In this document: positions 37,101 to 45,739 of the stretch, one piece after another
Position numbering within the stretch: the first letter of the stretch is position 1
How the letters are laid out: every line of letters starts with the position of its first letter
IMG/VR virus record: IMGVR_UViG_3300027798_000068
Location: 1-47,102 of that record
DNA length: 47,102 nucleotides
Source: a virus
Lineage: Duplodnaviria > Caudoviricetes
Direction: 5' to 3' (one strand)
Notes under the pieces: model-generated
The model's database searches: none
Seen by the model: the letters and a program-made list of their open reading frames with translations, nothing else
What the model was told of the DNA's origin: nothing
Position numbers and translations under genes: made by a program

Positions 37101-37405
37101 GCATAAGTAGCAGAAGTATGTATTTGTTTACATATGTAAATCATACCACCATACTTAACTATGTCACCTAAATTATAGTATGTAGACGGAGTCCAATCAT
37201 TTTTCCACTCTTGGCCGTCTGCTACTAAATCCCATTTTCTAGGAATAGCAATGCTATCAGTAGCCCATTCATCCGACTCGTGATTTAATACGCAAATAAA
37301 GCTCTTGCCACCTCTGCTAATTACATCGTCTACGACGTAGTTGTTACCTGTGGACCAATTGCCCTGCCATACAAATCGTATTCTACCAAGTTTAAATTCT
37401 GCCAT
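28193..37405 (-). CDS. Giant multidomain virion (baseplate/fibre) protein, 3070 aa
   Basis: Contains CBM5/12-like repeats (W....Y..GD.V.YGG..Y.C), pectin-lyase-like beta-helix segments, six C-x-R/Q-D helical repeats, YG.G.FVA..S.DG.TW propeller repeats and GSGYT..P repeats. Confidence 0.8.
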   Translation of the reverse strand: MAEFKLGRIRFVWQGNWSTGNNYVVDDVISRGGKSFICVLNHESDEWATDSIAIPRKWDLVADGQEWKNDWTPSTYYNLGDIVKYGGMIYICKQIHTSATYASPNFLGLEQNLASWDLFAESFDWKGAWATAVRYKVNDFVTYGGTTYVCNTPHISNASASVGLEADLVKWDVFNQGIVYRNEWVADATRYRINDIVKYGADLWICTAHHTSDNSPFPTDKFSVFLNGFEFENSWNNTEVYQIGDTVTYGGYSYIAKRNNTGATPTSSPLDWDVFTTGFNFRNDWDSATDYKVGDVVRLGGYTYLATADSTNQVPPTGAYWAKLNSGLKWAPSNGTYTGVSGTNLSGTGTSATFDITRQNTTYVVTVNNVGSGYATTNQIKILGSLVGGITPVNDITITVTGVSSGTITAVTVAGISTTWETGTAYVLGDVVFFGANSYICIDAHIGATPNRPDNDITATYWNLLTAGAESASLTTKGDIFYYGDTGPTRLPLGQDGQLLRVSGAYPKWAYYGVINNLVYVAPTGVDSLEGGYGLTLDKPWKTVRYACKQIEDGYLYKNSTALLAKNKQFLMKEVSNWVTYTYTVNITASSAATNEFTAGSTSSLTANMPIQFSGTVGGVTAGTKYFVKQVIDGTHFTISNTQGGIVRALGTQTAAMTGSLAYDYNKCQRDVGYIVDALVYDIGHGGTDDSVKVARSYYTVLGNAYITSNFGQQATQTVAAYNYLKVLVASVLNNATPASNYQTLNGVSVGNQAIQNIDLTLTAEADIDDVAVSLVDIVVKGIQAGSATAIPVGVQANTTISIKTGTFFEILPIVVPKNVALVGDELRGSVIQPAPAIASLANDKTKTISALTRIKNITSDVMQNIAITPTTGNTATQVTTLPAGDVGSQTAIDRTMVNVDVMYDILANGLGGAPVESIPDPTGYDSNFANARTQIAQNYAFIKADVSQYISNNFNSVWVQLGATGQAKCQRDVEYILDAIRYDITYGGNTQTLITGSAYFSYTLLTIPSYSKAATIAAYTHMKSIIDDVAQKLAVTPQAGNSTPQVVTGTGGNASAATFAQDRMQNVIDWITNGTSPAVIAPSTAWVASDIVAANTALQAAKAEIQSDAVGWVKKFNQTLTFNESTCSRDVGLIVDALGYDMLFGSNFASTIAGKSYYRGISSAQTVISSQKSATLGLLKFLKYKVKSVVASGSVVKVKTTIDDITTYITGGAVPRLTWPNPYTITTNSANAKNLIWANKEFVQAELIQYLTTNYPGNNYSQASCRQDIGYIIDALRYDLTYGGNFASNQAGAAYYSYTELQIDANDKVATLAAYGVLKTIVQAIAQGGVYTALQLGVTRVTGPTGTGTEASTVGALVDIITGIIDTGVIPSPSLASTGWVDATLVAQNTGLQTARATIQAAVISYINTNYPTLVYNTGTCSRDIGLIIDAVGYDMLFDANYRSVKAGMAYHRAVASALVVLTSQKSATIGALRFLKTQITTVVANNATARSRARAAMDVVINILDKGIGETPEYVGTITYNNTLATINGAEILRANKPFLENEATAWISANFGGTVVSTQGNPTNTFTTSSAHNLVAGDPVVFTATTVNTIAVATTGSNDRVTIGNTVGVVANMPIVFTGTGFGNLMSGVTYYVKTIETSTQITISETTGGATFDLIDGTGTLTTVIGGVIGGVTAGQTYKILTVPSTTTFTVENPTLAGSTLAVSAGFGVATATYGFEPALCRRDMREYINALIFDLEYTGNYKSLFAANLYNNAVGGSIKSDMFYVRNSTGVRNMTVSGLTGELTEANDFGTKRPTAGAYVSLDPGFGPNDSRAWVTSRSCYVQNVTTFGTACVGCKIDGALHAGGNRSIVSNDFTQVLSDGIGVWCTGNNALTELVSVFSYYGYAGYMAELGGRIRATNGNSSYGTYGVVAEGVDSYEVPIYGTIDNKAFQALVTNVVTDGVDGVLRFEFGNAGENYTNHSPTINGAGYNATAIGDEFRDTAVFETRIIDLNDGNGVGGTNYAGAANAAQGGSKTTITLAATDTALSGAYVGMRVQITGGTGVGQYANVLIFSNGSKEATVWKDSFTPLTLTASSGSDITTSTTVNLYVNQPVIFSAAIGTLAANTVYYVQSVTNGTQFRVASATGGAALSVGTTTGQSITLYESGWDHIVAGTPIVNALDLTTAYIVEPRISYTAPGFTGTARSMSATAQWSAATYGSEKFVAVATGGTATSYSNDGITWANAGALPSSSTWNDVVFGGGQDAVATAVVGGLGGQGAVLEAILGVANTTGAATADQVATVRVINGGVGYTTPPTILFGGPGTGATATCTVLNGAIATVTVSIPGSGYSVAPAVTAATDRVTRIVVSSWGRGYTSAPTVTLSGGGSSNQATATATLTNTGVSSIAVGNDGGSGYTSTPTVSIVDSNAKYIAIAGTNNAYQTPAGLGTAWTAGNAFSTAMASLTYGSGVFVAVGGTNGCVSSVNGQNWTARTIPTLGAGTYTAVTYGNNKFLAISSNNGTAHSSNGSSWTAGGNLPGALSTWTSVAYGNGRFVAIASNSRSVAYSYDTGVTWNSSPAGLPSAVNWTHVSYGQGLFFAIASGTPICATSSDGVTWTQRAMPSSTNWSALAFGNPVNATLGNSPIWIAASSSSGTVGASFKTGARPLGRVRTASGVVTEIRMIEPGSGFAKGTVSATTTSTNLITVNDTTNLVDSQPIEFFGTTAGGLVIERTYYVIGSTITSTQFKVSATPGSATPVTLNTATASNLIYRASSTATITDPNKIKVVAVRVRQGDGALGNPSFTNRGLANTTASADIIGDGRANLYQPSTFVNLSGLYALPQPGANVEFASIPGIWFKLVTVTNVLGEAGNYSAQLQINPAITVYQAPNHGDIVTTRLKYSQVRLTGHDYLYIGTGNFASTNYPGIPYNQPVTANQQLASGGGRVFFTSTDQDGNFNVGGLFGVQQATGTATLNASAFNLSGLNSLQLGAVELGVGSAIITQFSTDPYFTANSDNVVPTQRAIRSYITAQIGGGQSSLNVNTLTSGVVYIAGNTISTTTGVQININAKMNFTGGIDGAPVALGFFMQR
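29500..30830 (-). repeat. Asp-box/BNR-like beta-propeller repeats interrupted by G.GYT..P repeats (approximate bounds)
   Basis: Repeated W..V.YG.G.FVA.......S..G..W units. Confidence 0.65.
32170..35410 (-). repeat. Six helical repeats C.RD(V/I)..I.DA..YD...G
   Basis: KCQRDVGYIVDALVYD, KCQRDVEYILDAIRYD, TCSRDVGLIVDALGYD, SCRQDIGYIIDALRYD, TCSRDIGLIIDAVGYD and LCRRDMREYINALIFD. Confidence 0.85.
36010..37380 (-). repeat. Tandem Trp/Tyr-rich CBM5/12-like repeats (approximate bounds)
   Basis: Units of about 50 aa matching W.G.W.....Y..(G/N)D.V.YGG..Y.C...H. Confidence 0.7.
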
Positions 37406-37423
37406 TTTTTTATCCTCTGATAA

Positions 37424-37430
37424 TATTTAT
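37424..37430 (-). promoter_or_regulatory. Late promoter ATAAATA for the 3070-aa gene
   Basis: tatttat in the 39-nt intergenic gap, followed on the minus strand by a GAGGA RBS. Confidence 0.7.
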
Positions 37431-37444
37431 CTTTTCTGTTTTTC

Positions 37445-40400
37445 TTATCTACGCCACCACGTTTTAATGAAGTATTGTAAAGCTAATCCGTCACCTGCCC
37501 AGGCTGCTGAATCTCCGGCAACTACTACCTTGTTAATCATTTTGATTGAAGAACCAGTTTGACCTTCTGGAATTGTGTTTTCTATCTTATCAGGGCCACC
37601 TATTCTAACAACACCGGCAGTTGTTTGTCCAGTAAACGTGTTAGAACCGCCCTGACTTAGTCTACCAGTCAAATATGCTTTGATTGCTCGTTGGGTTGGT
37701 ATTGTGTTGTTACTATTTGCAACAAACGTACTGTCTGTTGAAAATTGTCTAATTACAACACCTGCTCCGCCAACAGCAATACCGCCTAGGCTCAACTGAT
37801 CTAATCCTTCTAACCCAAACTGTGTAGCACTAATTGTAATAATACCAGTAGCTTGTTCAACGCTAAACAATCCACCAACACGGAAGTTTCCGTCTTGGTC
37901 AGTTGATGTATAGAACACACGGCCATTATTAGATTCAATAACTTGATCTTGGGGCGCCAACTCAGTGTCTTGAGGGAATCCTGGATAGTTTGATTGATCC
38001 TTGTTACCGTAACCAATATTTAAGAAGTCATGTCCAGTTAAACGAACCTGACTATACTGTGTTCTAATAGTTACGTCTTCTAAGTGGTCCGGGCTTCTTG
38101 CTCTTGAAATATCCGGAGCAACTGCTAATGTTGCCATAATATTAGGAGCAACAGTTCCAAACATTGCAGTTGCGCTGGTAATTTTATAAGAAACAGTCTC
38201 AGACCCAATAATTAAGTTATCACCTGGACGAGGTAATCTAGTTAATTCTGTACAGACTAAATTAAATCCTGTTTGATATGCGTCGGCAAAACCGTTTCCG
38301 TTAACTGTAATACTTGTGGAATTGGTATTATATCCTGTTCCTCTGCTTACAAAAGTTGGATTTGCTAAGACACCGTTTGCAGATCTAATAATTACTCCAG
38401 CTAGATGACTAGCATTTGGATCAGTTATTGTTAACTCAGGAGTAGTAACATAGTTAGAACCTGGTTCCCATATTGCCATAGAAATAACTTCACCTGATAC
38501 CACTGTAAGTCTACCTTTTGTAGTAGTACCTGCAAACATAGTCGATCCAATGTTCTGCCCTGCGGCACTGACAAAAGTTCCAATATAGTTTGCACCCATA
38601 AATCCAAATGCAGTAGCACCATATGCGTCAGCTGTTACTGATCTAGTTTTCCATTTTATTCCATCTTCACTAGTATATGCGGTTGTTCCTGAAGCAGGAG
38701 TTGCTAAGAATACGCCTTGGCCATACACAATCTTTGATGCTGTGACTGGTAGATTGCTCTGTCTCCAAGATATACCATCGGTGGATACTGCTGTTCTTGC
38801 ACCTGCACTAGAAATTGCTACAAATACACCATTGCCAAAAGCTACATCACTCCAGTCAGTGTTACTTGGCAATGTTGATGCTGTCCACGAAGTTCCATTT
38901 GTGCTGTAGGCGGCAGTTGTTCCGCTACCTGCTACTGCTACAAATTTTCCTGCACCGTAGGCAAGTCCACTCCAGGCTGCGCTTGGCAGTCCAGAACCTG
39001 ATGACCAAGTTGCTCCGTAAGTATTTGAATAGGCGCTCGATGCTGTACCTGTTGCAATAGCAACAAATTTGCCGTCACCGTATACTAATTTATTCCAAGT
39101 TGTTTTGGAAGGTAACGCACCAACTTTCCAAGTTGCACCGTTAGATGCAGAATATATCACTTTTGACTGACTTTCAGTCATGCCGCCATTTTGAGAAATT
39201 ACCACATAATAGCTGTTACCATACGCACCAGCAGTCCATTCTGCTTGGGTAGGTACTCCTAATGCTGTCCAATTTGCGCCATCTGTTGATTTTGCAAATA
39301 TTGAATTAGCACTAGGCACAGCAATGAACTGTCCAGGCCCGTGCATAATGTCTACATAGGATGTTCCAGTTGCCAATGTTGGCAATGTAGCAGAAGTTTG
39401 ACTAAATGCCGGTGTAGGAAATTGTGTTCTTGGTTCAATAAAATATACTGTTGAACTATCTAACCCTTGTTCAATTTCACTACCTGGGTTAATGTGATCC
39501 CAACCAACTTCAGCTACATTCATAGAGCCGGTTGCTGTTGTTATTGCCACATCTGAGTTTCCGCCTGGAATGGTTGTAATGGTAAACGATGCGGCAGTGA
39601 TTGTTCTTACGTAGTATGTTATACCTTTGCTGATGCCGCCAAACAATGAAGTGCTAAATGATGCATTCATTGCACCATAATCTGCAGTTAATGTTTCTAT
39701 AGCGTTGGTAAATGTAGCAGTTACTGAGCCAAGGGTTGCTGTAGTTAATGTTACTGGAGCAGGTGCTGTTTGAGCAGTCATGTATCCAGTTGCATTAATT
39801 TGATTCACAGCACCGCCGCCTGGCGCCGCACTGATTGTAAATGACGTACTGTCGTTAACTGCCAGTATATAATAAACGTTGCTTGGTACTAAATTACCAA
39901 ACTGATTACCAATAAATCTAATTGGGTTGTTGGCTACAAACCCTGATGTAGAATCAACAGTAATCAAGTTAGTTGTTGTTTGTGTTTCTGTTGCTACTGC
40001 GTTAATTATTTGGCTAGCAACTGTGAAAGTTGTACCGCCAAGTATCTTACTAACATAATATTTTGTGTCTTTGGTTAATCCGCCAAAGTCAGTATCAAAT
40101 ACAATTGGATCTAGCACTACTATTTCAACTGTTGATCCTGCTGTGATAACATTACCTGTGGCATTAGTTTCTGTAACTGTGGTAGTTGACAAAGTATCTG
40201 CAATCGTAAACGTATTTGTGTCAAGCACATCTTTAATAAAATATCTAGTAGCAGTAACAATGCCGCCTGTACTTTCACCTGTAAAGTTTACAGGCATATG
40301 TAATATCATGTTATTAGTTGAACCTGCCGTGATATAGTTTGTATTAGATGGAAAATTAACATCCATCGTGTTACCTGAAGCGTTTACTAATAACCAATCA

Positions 40401-43400
40401 TTACCAAATTGTTCATTGGAAATTTTAAAAGTAGTTGCAGATACAATTTCAACTATGTAATAAGTAAAATCAACAGCAATATTACCAAATGTAATTCCTG
40501 TAAAGTTTACAGGCATATTAATTCTTAATTTTTCTGTGCTAGATACAGTTATAACATTTTCAATACCGCCTATCGTACTAATAACTGGTAAACTGTCAAT
40601 AGAAGTTGCTGTTACTGTTGTTGAATAGTATGTAGGTATAAATTGCACCGGCATGTCTACGTATAAACTGCTAGTGTCGGGTGTAGCAAATGTGTCTGTA
40701 TCGGCTGCTGTAGATCCAATTGCCAACGGGGTAAATGATTCTTTTAAGACATACAAGTATTTAAAAGTGCTGTTGTAAGAACTAACATAGCCGTACTGGC
40801 CTGCACCAGTGCCACTGTTGATAAAACAGCGCATTCCAATTAGCTGGCTTTCTGTATTAATGTTAGACCCTGCTAAAATTATATACTGAGTATTTCCGCC
40901 TTGACTGTTGTTACTTGCTGTTAAATACCCACTGCCGTTTTCAGTCACTCTAGTTTGCGTTACTGCTCTAGATCTGGTTTCGTCGCCGACAAGTACAGCA
41001 CCTGTACCTGCTCCTACAACTGTAAAATCTGCATAACTTGTGTAGATATTTCCATTTGTATTGAGATAGAAAGACATTTGATTTGCAATTTCAGTTTGGA
41101 ACCCGTAAACTAAGGTGTCGGCTGCTGAGCCAGTCTTGCCCCTTGGGTACACTCTAAATTGTAAACTACTGTTAAGACCGGTTAAATCTCTTACAGTAAA
41201 GTATAATCTATACCAACCATCTGACAGTACTACTTTACCGTAGTTAAGAGGCAAGTAGCCGCTGCCTTCTTGGCTAGCTGGTGTTAATGTTTGATCAGCA
41301 AAATTAAATGTTAGGCTACTTCCTTTGGTACTAAACCCTGAAAATAATGCCCACAGGTCAACTGTTGGACTTGTGCGTTGTTTAACGTGTACACTTAATG
41401 TATAATCTGTAACAGAACCTGCTGGTACTGAACCTGATGCCGTGATAGTTAAAACAGAACTTCCTGATAAACTTGCTACTGTGATAGTAATATCGTTAAT
41501 TCCGTCAATGCCGCCAACTTGGCTACCTGAAATTAACAACTGATTACCAACAACATAACCACTACTGCCGTAGTTAACACTAACTACATAGGCCAGTGCT
41601 CCAACAACTACATCAAAAGAAGCAGGACCAGTTAGATCACCTTGGCCGCCATTTCCAGTAATATTGGTAGTTGGCACTGCTGTAAATGATTGGCCGGTTT
41701 GCTGTATTGCAACTGTTTGATGAATATAGCTAGCATCTGTTCCCGATGTAGTAGCATTAAGAGTCCATGCATCAGCAAGGCCGGTCGGACCTAATGAATT
41801 TTGTGTAATGTTAAGACTATCTGTTGTCCAAACACCATTTAACAAATTATTACTATATTTGATAATGTTGGTAGTTGTTGTAAAATATTCTTGGCCAGCA
41901 TTTGTATAAGATAGCGCCAGCAACTGTGCTTCAGTTCCAAAACTACTTTGTACAGTGGCTGCGGCCTGTGTTGATCGGTTAAAGACTACTCCGGTAATAG
42001 GATCTTCTGATAAATCATATCCTTCAGCAACTACTCCGTATGTTCCATAAGAAGTATTACCGTTTGTTGCACGTAACTTACCACCATCTTCTGCAAAGTA
42101 CCCAGCGTATCCAAAATATGAGAACACCGACACTGCTTCGCATACTGCGCCTGGGCCTTTGACCCATATGCCAATACCGTCTGATAAAATTTGTGTATAG
42201 TCGTTACACACAATAGATTTATTACCACCGTTGTGTAAGTCTCCGTCAATCTTTAGACCCACACAACCAACACCAAATGTACTGACGTTTTGAATGTAAG
42301 GACTCTTTCTAGAGATCCATGCTTCGGTGTCATCTGGCCCTTCACCTGGATCTAAGCTAACGTATGCGCCACCAGTTGGGCGGCGTGTTAGATACTGGTT
42401 AATTGGTCCCAGGGTACCTGCAAGCCCCGACAATGTCATGTTACGAATACCACTACCGTTTCTAACATAGAACATGTCTTTGATAGCATCGCCACCGTAA
42501 ATGGTCATTTCGCCGGTGCCTTGCGATAAGAATATTTCGCCACCTGGGCCTGTTGGGGTTGAACGAATGCTGAATTCAGTTGTAGTTATAGTAGAACCAA
42601 TTACATAATATTTTTGTCCTAATTCAACTCCGCCAATTGCTGTTGTTCCTGCAAACATCACAGGAGTTCCGTCAACCATACCATCAGTCGTTAACACTTT
42701 AAACTTATTAGTATTTGCATTTGATGCTGTTATTAGACTATAGATACTGACTTTAGGAGATACAACAGCACCTCTTAATTCATCTCCATTTAATGCAACG
42801 TTTGCTGGTACTATAATAGGAAGAGTTTCTTTGTATGTACCTGTCTTAATTTGAATAGTTGCAGTTAACCCTTGATTAGGTGGTGGAATTTTTTCTGTGC
42901 TTTGTGTTTCAAGCGCAGTTAGCAGTATATCAAATAGGTCATTAATTTTAGCAGAGGCGCCTGGCTCTAAAACTTTGCTTGGATCAATAATTTGATCAAT
43001 ATAATCTTCTTCATCAACTTCGTTTTCTAATTGATAATCTGTTTGAGGAGCTGTGTTAATTAATACACTGCCTAACAATAACTGGGCACGTTGTAGACCT
43101 GCAATAAAATATGGAATACGTGCGGCTGTGGTTGCATTAATAAACGTGTTAGGGAACTCTGGAGCAAAATATGCTAGAGTAGCTGCCACTGTCTGGCTGT
43201 TACCTCCACGAGAGATGTCATATATAATAGCATCTAAAACTAGTTTTGTATCTCGCTTAGTTTTGTCATTGTCAAACAGTGTAATATCGTTATCGTTTTC
43301 AAACAATAGATATTGCAGTACGTCAGCCGCAATAAATTCCTCGTTTAAATCAATTAATGATCTAGCATTTGGAAAATTTGGACCGTTTCTAACTTGATTA

Positions 43401-44989
43401 CACGCATATGCAATACTTCTCCAAGGTTTATCAATAGAAAACCCGTATCCTATTTGGTCAGTACCCATTGGGCTTACATAGTATACTGCTGGTACAACGT
43501 TAATATTTCTCCAAGAAATATGGCCGTCAGTTGATCTTAAAATAAAATCTTGTTCACCTACTGGAAACGCTATTGTTTTTGTGCCGTCGTGACTGGTAAT
43601 ATCGCCAATAGTGTTACCTGCATTTTGTCGTGCGTGTAATAAGAAATCTATCCAGTACTCATGATCAATGTCAAGGTCCGGTCTTAGCATAGATGCTGAT
43701 GTGTGATTTTTAACACATCGATACGTTGCGTTGGCCCAGATTGCAAGGTCACCAACTACATATTCTGTTGCATTAGTCCAAAATTTTCTCCATGTAGATC
43801 CAGGAGTAACCATTTCCCAGTAAGCATAATTCACGCCAACAAAGTCTACTGTATCTTCATCTGCTATTGCGCCATCTGGACCTTCGTTTAACACTACTGT
43901 TGTACTGTTAGTAACAGATACTACACTTTGGTATCTAGAAAATGCAGGGTGATTTACTAACATACCTACAACAACACCTGTAGCGTTGTTAACTTTAAAT
44001 GTTTTTCCTGAACTACCTGTGGCAGTATAGACTTTCTGTACAATAAATCCTGTAGGATCTTGTCCCTGATTGTCAGATACTGCTTCGTATACTCTACCGC
44101 TTCGTCTTACAATATCTCCAACACGGTAGGCAAAACCAGAGCTCCAATCGCCTTGTAGTTTATAACCAGTGGTTAGTAAGTCCCAGTCGTCGGATTCTGT
44201 TGACGGAATTTGATTTATGTTGTTAACAGTTTTACTAACATATGAGTATCCGCCGTAAATAATTGCATCACCTGGCTGGTATACTGTAGTACCCGACCAA
44301 GTTGTTCCAAATTCAAAACCTGGTAACCATTCTATAAAGTTAGCAGTATCGATATTTCCTGAACTAACATGTCCTACTGTACAAATGTATAATCCTGGTC
44401 CGTTTTTAACAATGTCGTTTTTTCTATAACGACGAGCTGTGATATAATCACCTTTATAATCAATTCCGTCATTGACGATTTCCCACTTTGCTTGGTCTAC
44501 TTCAAGACCTAGCAGAATAGTTGCTGATGACACATGATTTACAACACAGCGATAAACAATGCCGCCGTAGCGAACAAGATCGCCAACGCCATATGCATAA
44601 TTAATATTCCATTGAATATTCCAATTATCAAACTTAGAAAATGTAGTAAATTTAGTTAGGTCAATGGCATTGCCGGTACTAGTGTGTGCCACTGTGCAGA
44701 CGTATACAATACCTCCAAACTTTACAATGTTTCCTAAACTGTAAAGGGTAGCAGTTAACCAATTGCCCTGCCAAACACGACCGTCAAGCATTAAACTCCA
44801 AAACGGTGTAGGACCTTGTATAGGATCCGAAGCATATAGAGCTGAATAAAAATCAGTAGATGTATGTGGCTCTAGGCACACAAACGTTTTACCGTTATAT
44901 TGTATTACCGCGTCTCTATTGTAAAATGTTGCAGTTGCCCACTGGCCACGCCAGGTGTAACGCAATCTACCAATTTTAAATTCTGCCAT
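37445..44989 (-). CDS. Giant multidomain virion protein, 2514 aa, paralog of 28193-37405
   Basis: Same MAEFK.GR.R..W.G.W start, CBM-like repeats, MFYVRN..G.RNMT beta-helix, propeller repeats and the shared C-terminal RLTGHD.L.IG...TSTDQDGNF.VG module. Confidence 0.8.
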   Translation of the reverse strand: MAEFKIGRLRYTWRGQWATATFYNRDAVIQYNGKTFVCLEPHTSTDFYSALYASDPIQGPTPFWSLMLDGRVWQGNWLTATLYSLGNIVKFGGIVYVCTVAHTSTGNAIDLTKFTTFSKFDNWNIQWNINYAYGVGDLVRYGGIVYRCVVNHVSSATILLGLEVDQAKWEIVNDGIDYKGDYITARRYRKNDIVKNGPGLYICTVGHVSSGNIDTANFIEWLPGFEFGTTWSGTTVYQPGDAIIYGGYSYVSKTVNNINQIPSTESDDWDLLTTGYKLQGDWSSGFAYRVGDIVRRSGRVYEAVSDNQGQDPTGFIVQKVYTATGSSGKTFKVNNATGVVVGMLVNHPAFSRYQSVVSVTNSTTVVLNEGPDGAIADEDTVDFVGVNYAYWEMVTPGSTWRKFWTNATEYVVGDLAIWANATYRCVKNHTSASMLRPDLDIDHEYWIDFLLHARQNAGNTIGDITSHDGTKTIAFPVGEQDFILRSTDGHISWRNINVVPAVYYVSPMGTDQIGYGFSIDKPWRSIAYACNQVRNGPNFPNARSLIDLNEEFIAADVLQYLLFENDNDITLFDNDKTKRDTKLVLDAIIYDISRGGNSQTVAATLAYFAPEFPNTFINATTAARIPYFIAGLQRAQLLLGSVLINTAPQTDYQLENEVDEEDYIDQIIDPSKVLEPGASAKINDLFDILLTALETQSTEKIPPPNQGLTATIQIKTGTYKETLPIIVPANVALNGDELRGAVVSPKVSIYSLITASNANTNKFKVLTTDGMVDGTPVMFAGTTAIGGVELGQKYYVIGSTITTTEFSIRSTPTGPGGEIFLSQGTGEMTIYGGDAIKDMFYVRNGSGIRNMTLSGLAGTLGPINQYLTRRPTGGAYVSLDPGEGPDDTEAWISRKSPYIQNVSTFGVGCVGLKIDGDLHNGGNKSIVCNDYTQILSDGIGIWVKGPGAVCEAVSVFSYFGYAGYFAEDGGKLRATNGNTSYGTYGVVAEGYDLSEDPITGVVFNRSTQAAATVQSSFGTEAQLLALSYTNAGQEYFTTTTNIIKYSNNLLNGVWTTDSLNITQNSLGPTGLADAWTLNATTSGTDASYIHQTVAIQQTGQSFTAVPTTNITGNGGQGDLTGPASFDVVVGALAYVVSVNYGSSGYVVGNQLLISGSQVGGIDGINDITITVASLSGSSVLTITASGSVPAGSVTDYTLSVHVKQRTSPTVDLWALFSGFSTKGSSLTFNFADQTLTPASQEGSGYLPLNYGKVVLSDGWYRLYFTVRDLTGLNSSLQFRVYPRGKTGSAADTLVYGFQTEIANQMSFYLNTNGNIYTSYADFTVVGAGTGAVLVGDETRSRAVTQTRVTENGSGYLTASNNSQGGNTQYIILAGSNINTESQLIGMRCFINSGTGAGQYGYVSSYNSTFKYLYVLKESFTPLAIGSTAADTDTFATPDTSSLYVDMPVQFIPTYYSTTVTATSIDSLPVISTIGGIENVITVSSTEKLRINMPVNFTGITFGNIAVDFTYYIVEIVSATTFKISNEQFGNDWLLVNASGNTMDVNFPSNTNYITAGSTNNMILHMPVNFTGESTGGIVTATRYFIKDVLDTNTFTIADTLSTTTVTETNATGNVITAGSTVEIVVLDPIVFDTDFGGLTKDTKYYVSKILGGTTFTVASQIINAVATETQTTTNLITVDSTSGFVANNPIRFIGNQFGNLVPSNVYYILAVNDSTSFTISAAPGGGAVNQINATGYMTAQTAPAPVTLTTATLGSVTATFTNAIETLTADYGAMNASFSTSLFGGISKGITYYVRTITAASFTITTIPGGNSDVAITTATGSMNVAEVGWDHINPGSEIEQGLDSSTVYFIEPRTQFPTPAFSQTSATLPTLATGTSYVDIMHGPGQFIAVPSANSIFAKSTDGANWTALGVPTQAEWTAGAYGNSYYVVISQNGGMTESQSKVIYSASNGATWKVGALPSKTTWNKLVYGDGKFVAIATGTASSAYSNTYGATWSSGSGLPSAAWSGLAYGAGKFVAVAGSGTTAAYSTNGTSWTASTLPSNTDWSDVAFGNGVFVAISSAGARTAVSTDGISWRQSNLPVTASKIVYGQGVFLATPASGTTAYTSEDGIKWKTRSVTADAYGATAFGFMGANYIGTFVSAAGQNIGSTMFAGTTTKGRLTVVSGEVISMAIWEPGSNYVTTPELTITDPNASHLAGVIIRSANGVLANPTFVSRGTGYNTNSTSITVNGNGFADAYQTGFNLVCTELTRLPRPGDNLIIGSETVSYKITSATAMFGTVAPNIMATLAVAPDISRARSPDHLEDVTIRTQYSQVRLTGHDFLNIGYGNKDQSNYPGFPQDTELAPQDQVIESNNGRVFYTSTDQDGNFRVGGLFSVEQATGIITISATQFGLEGLDQLSLGGIAVGGAGVVIRQFSTDSTFVANSNNTIPTQRAIKAYLTGRLSQGGSNTFTGQTTAGVVRIGGPDKIENTIPEGQTGSSIKMINKVVVAGDSAAWAGDGLALQYFIKTWWRR

Positions 44990-45017
44990 TTTCTAAATTC
45001 CTTATCTATTCTATTAC

Positions 45018-45389
45018 TTATGAAATCTGTGAGCCAGGTGGGTACGGGAATGTTTCATTAACTCGTACTACGAATTCGCCATTATCATTAATATAATAGA
45101 AAATATTTTTGTTGTCCCAACGATATTGATCAAAGTATAAATTATCATATGGTCGGCTGTGATCTTCATCTAGTCTTCCGTCAAAAAAATCAACTCCGTA
45201 TTCAAAATCGCTAAAATCGTTTTCGTTTAGACCCGGATTATTAATAATAATAGTTCCAGTATCTTTCAATTGGTCTATTTTTGCAAAATATAATAGACCT
45301 TGTTCGTCTCTACGAAGTGCGTAGAAATATCTAGGATTGTCTGATCCTAAAATATCTGCAATATTGGTTTGACCTGCATAATATGACAT
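45018..45389 (-). CDS. Hypothetical acidic/aromatic protein in the structural operon
   Basis: 123-aa ORF with an AAGGA RBS, tightly packed in the operon. Confidence 0.65.
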   Translation of the reverse strand: MSYYAGQTNIADILGSDNPRYFYALRRDEQGLLYFAKIDQLKDTGTIIINNPGLNENDFSDFEYGVDFFDGRLDEDHSRPYDNLYFDQYRWDNKNIFYYINDNGEFVVRVNETFPYPPGSQIS

Positions 45390-45400
45390 AATAGTATTCC

Positions 45401-45733
45401 TTAGATTATTTCAACATAGCTTAGAACACAATCTAAACTTTCTTCTGCACTAGACATAATTTTAACACTGGTTGAAGGCCCTAGTACTAGCCTTTCTCCG
45501 CCATTGATGACTCGTAAACTTTGGTTGGGTGGCACTACAGTTTCTTTTAAGAAGAATGCAGTTTCGCTTGTTACACTGTCAACTAGTTTAACGCTGGCCA
45601 GTACAATACTGCTGCCTAGGTTAGTTAAACTTAGACCTACAACTGTGGTCTTAGCGTTTGCTTCTGTGGTTAATACAGTTTGTTCTGTAATACCAATTTC
45701 TGATTTTAATTTGTTTTTAAATAGGGTTGCCAT
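45401..45733 (-). CDS. Small beta-rich virion protein
   Basis: 110 aa with GLSLTN, VPPNQSL..I.GGERLVL and SYVEI. Resembles 27857-28177. Confidence 0.65.
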   Translation of the reverse strand: MATLFKNKLKSEIGITEQTVLTTEANAKTTVVGLSLTNLGSSIVLASVKLVDSVTSETAFFLKETVVPPNQSLRVINGGERLVLGPSTSVKIMSSAEESLDCVLSYVEII

Positions 45734-45739
45734 ATCTTA

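Noticed and set aside
45015-45021. ATAAGTA variant late promoter upstream of the 2514-aa gene
   Set aside because: It has a core mismatch and overlaps a stop codon in AT-rich sequence, so it is plausible but too weak to call.
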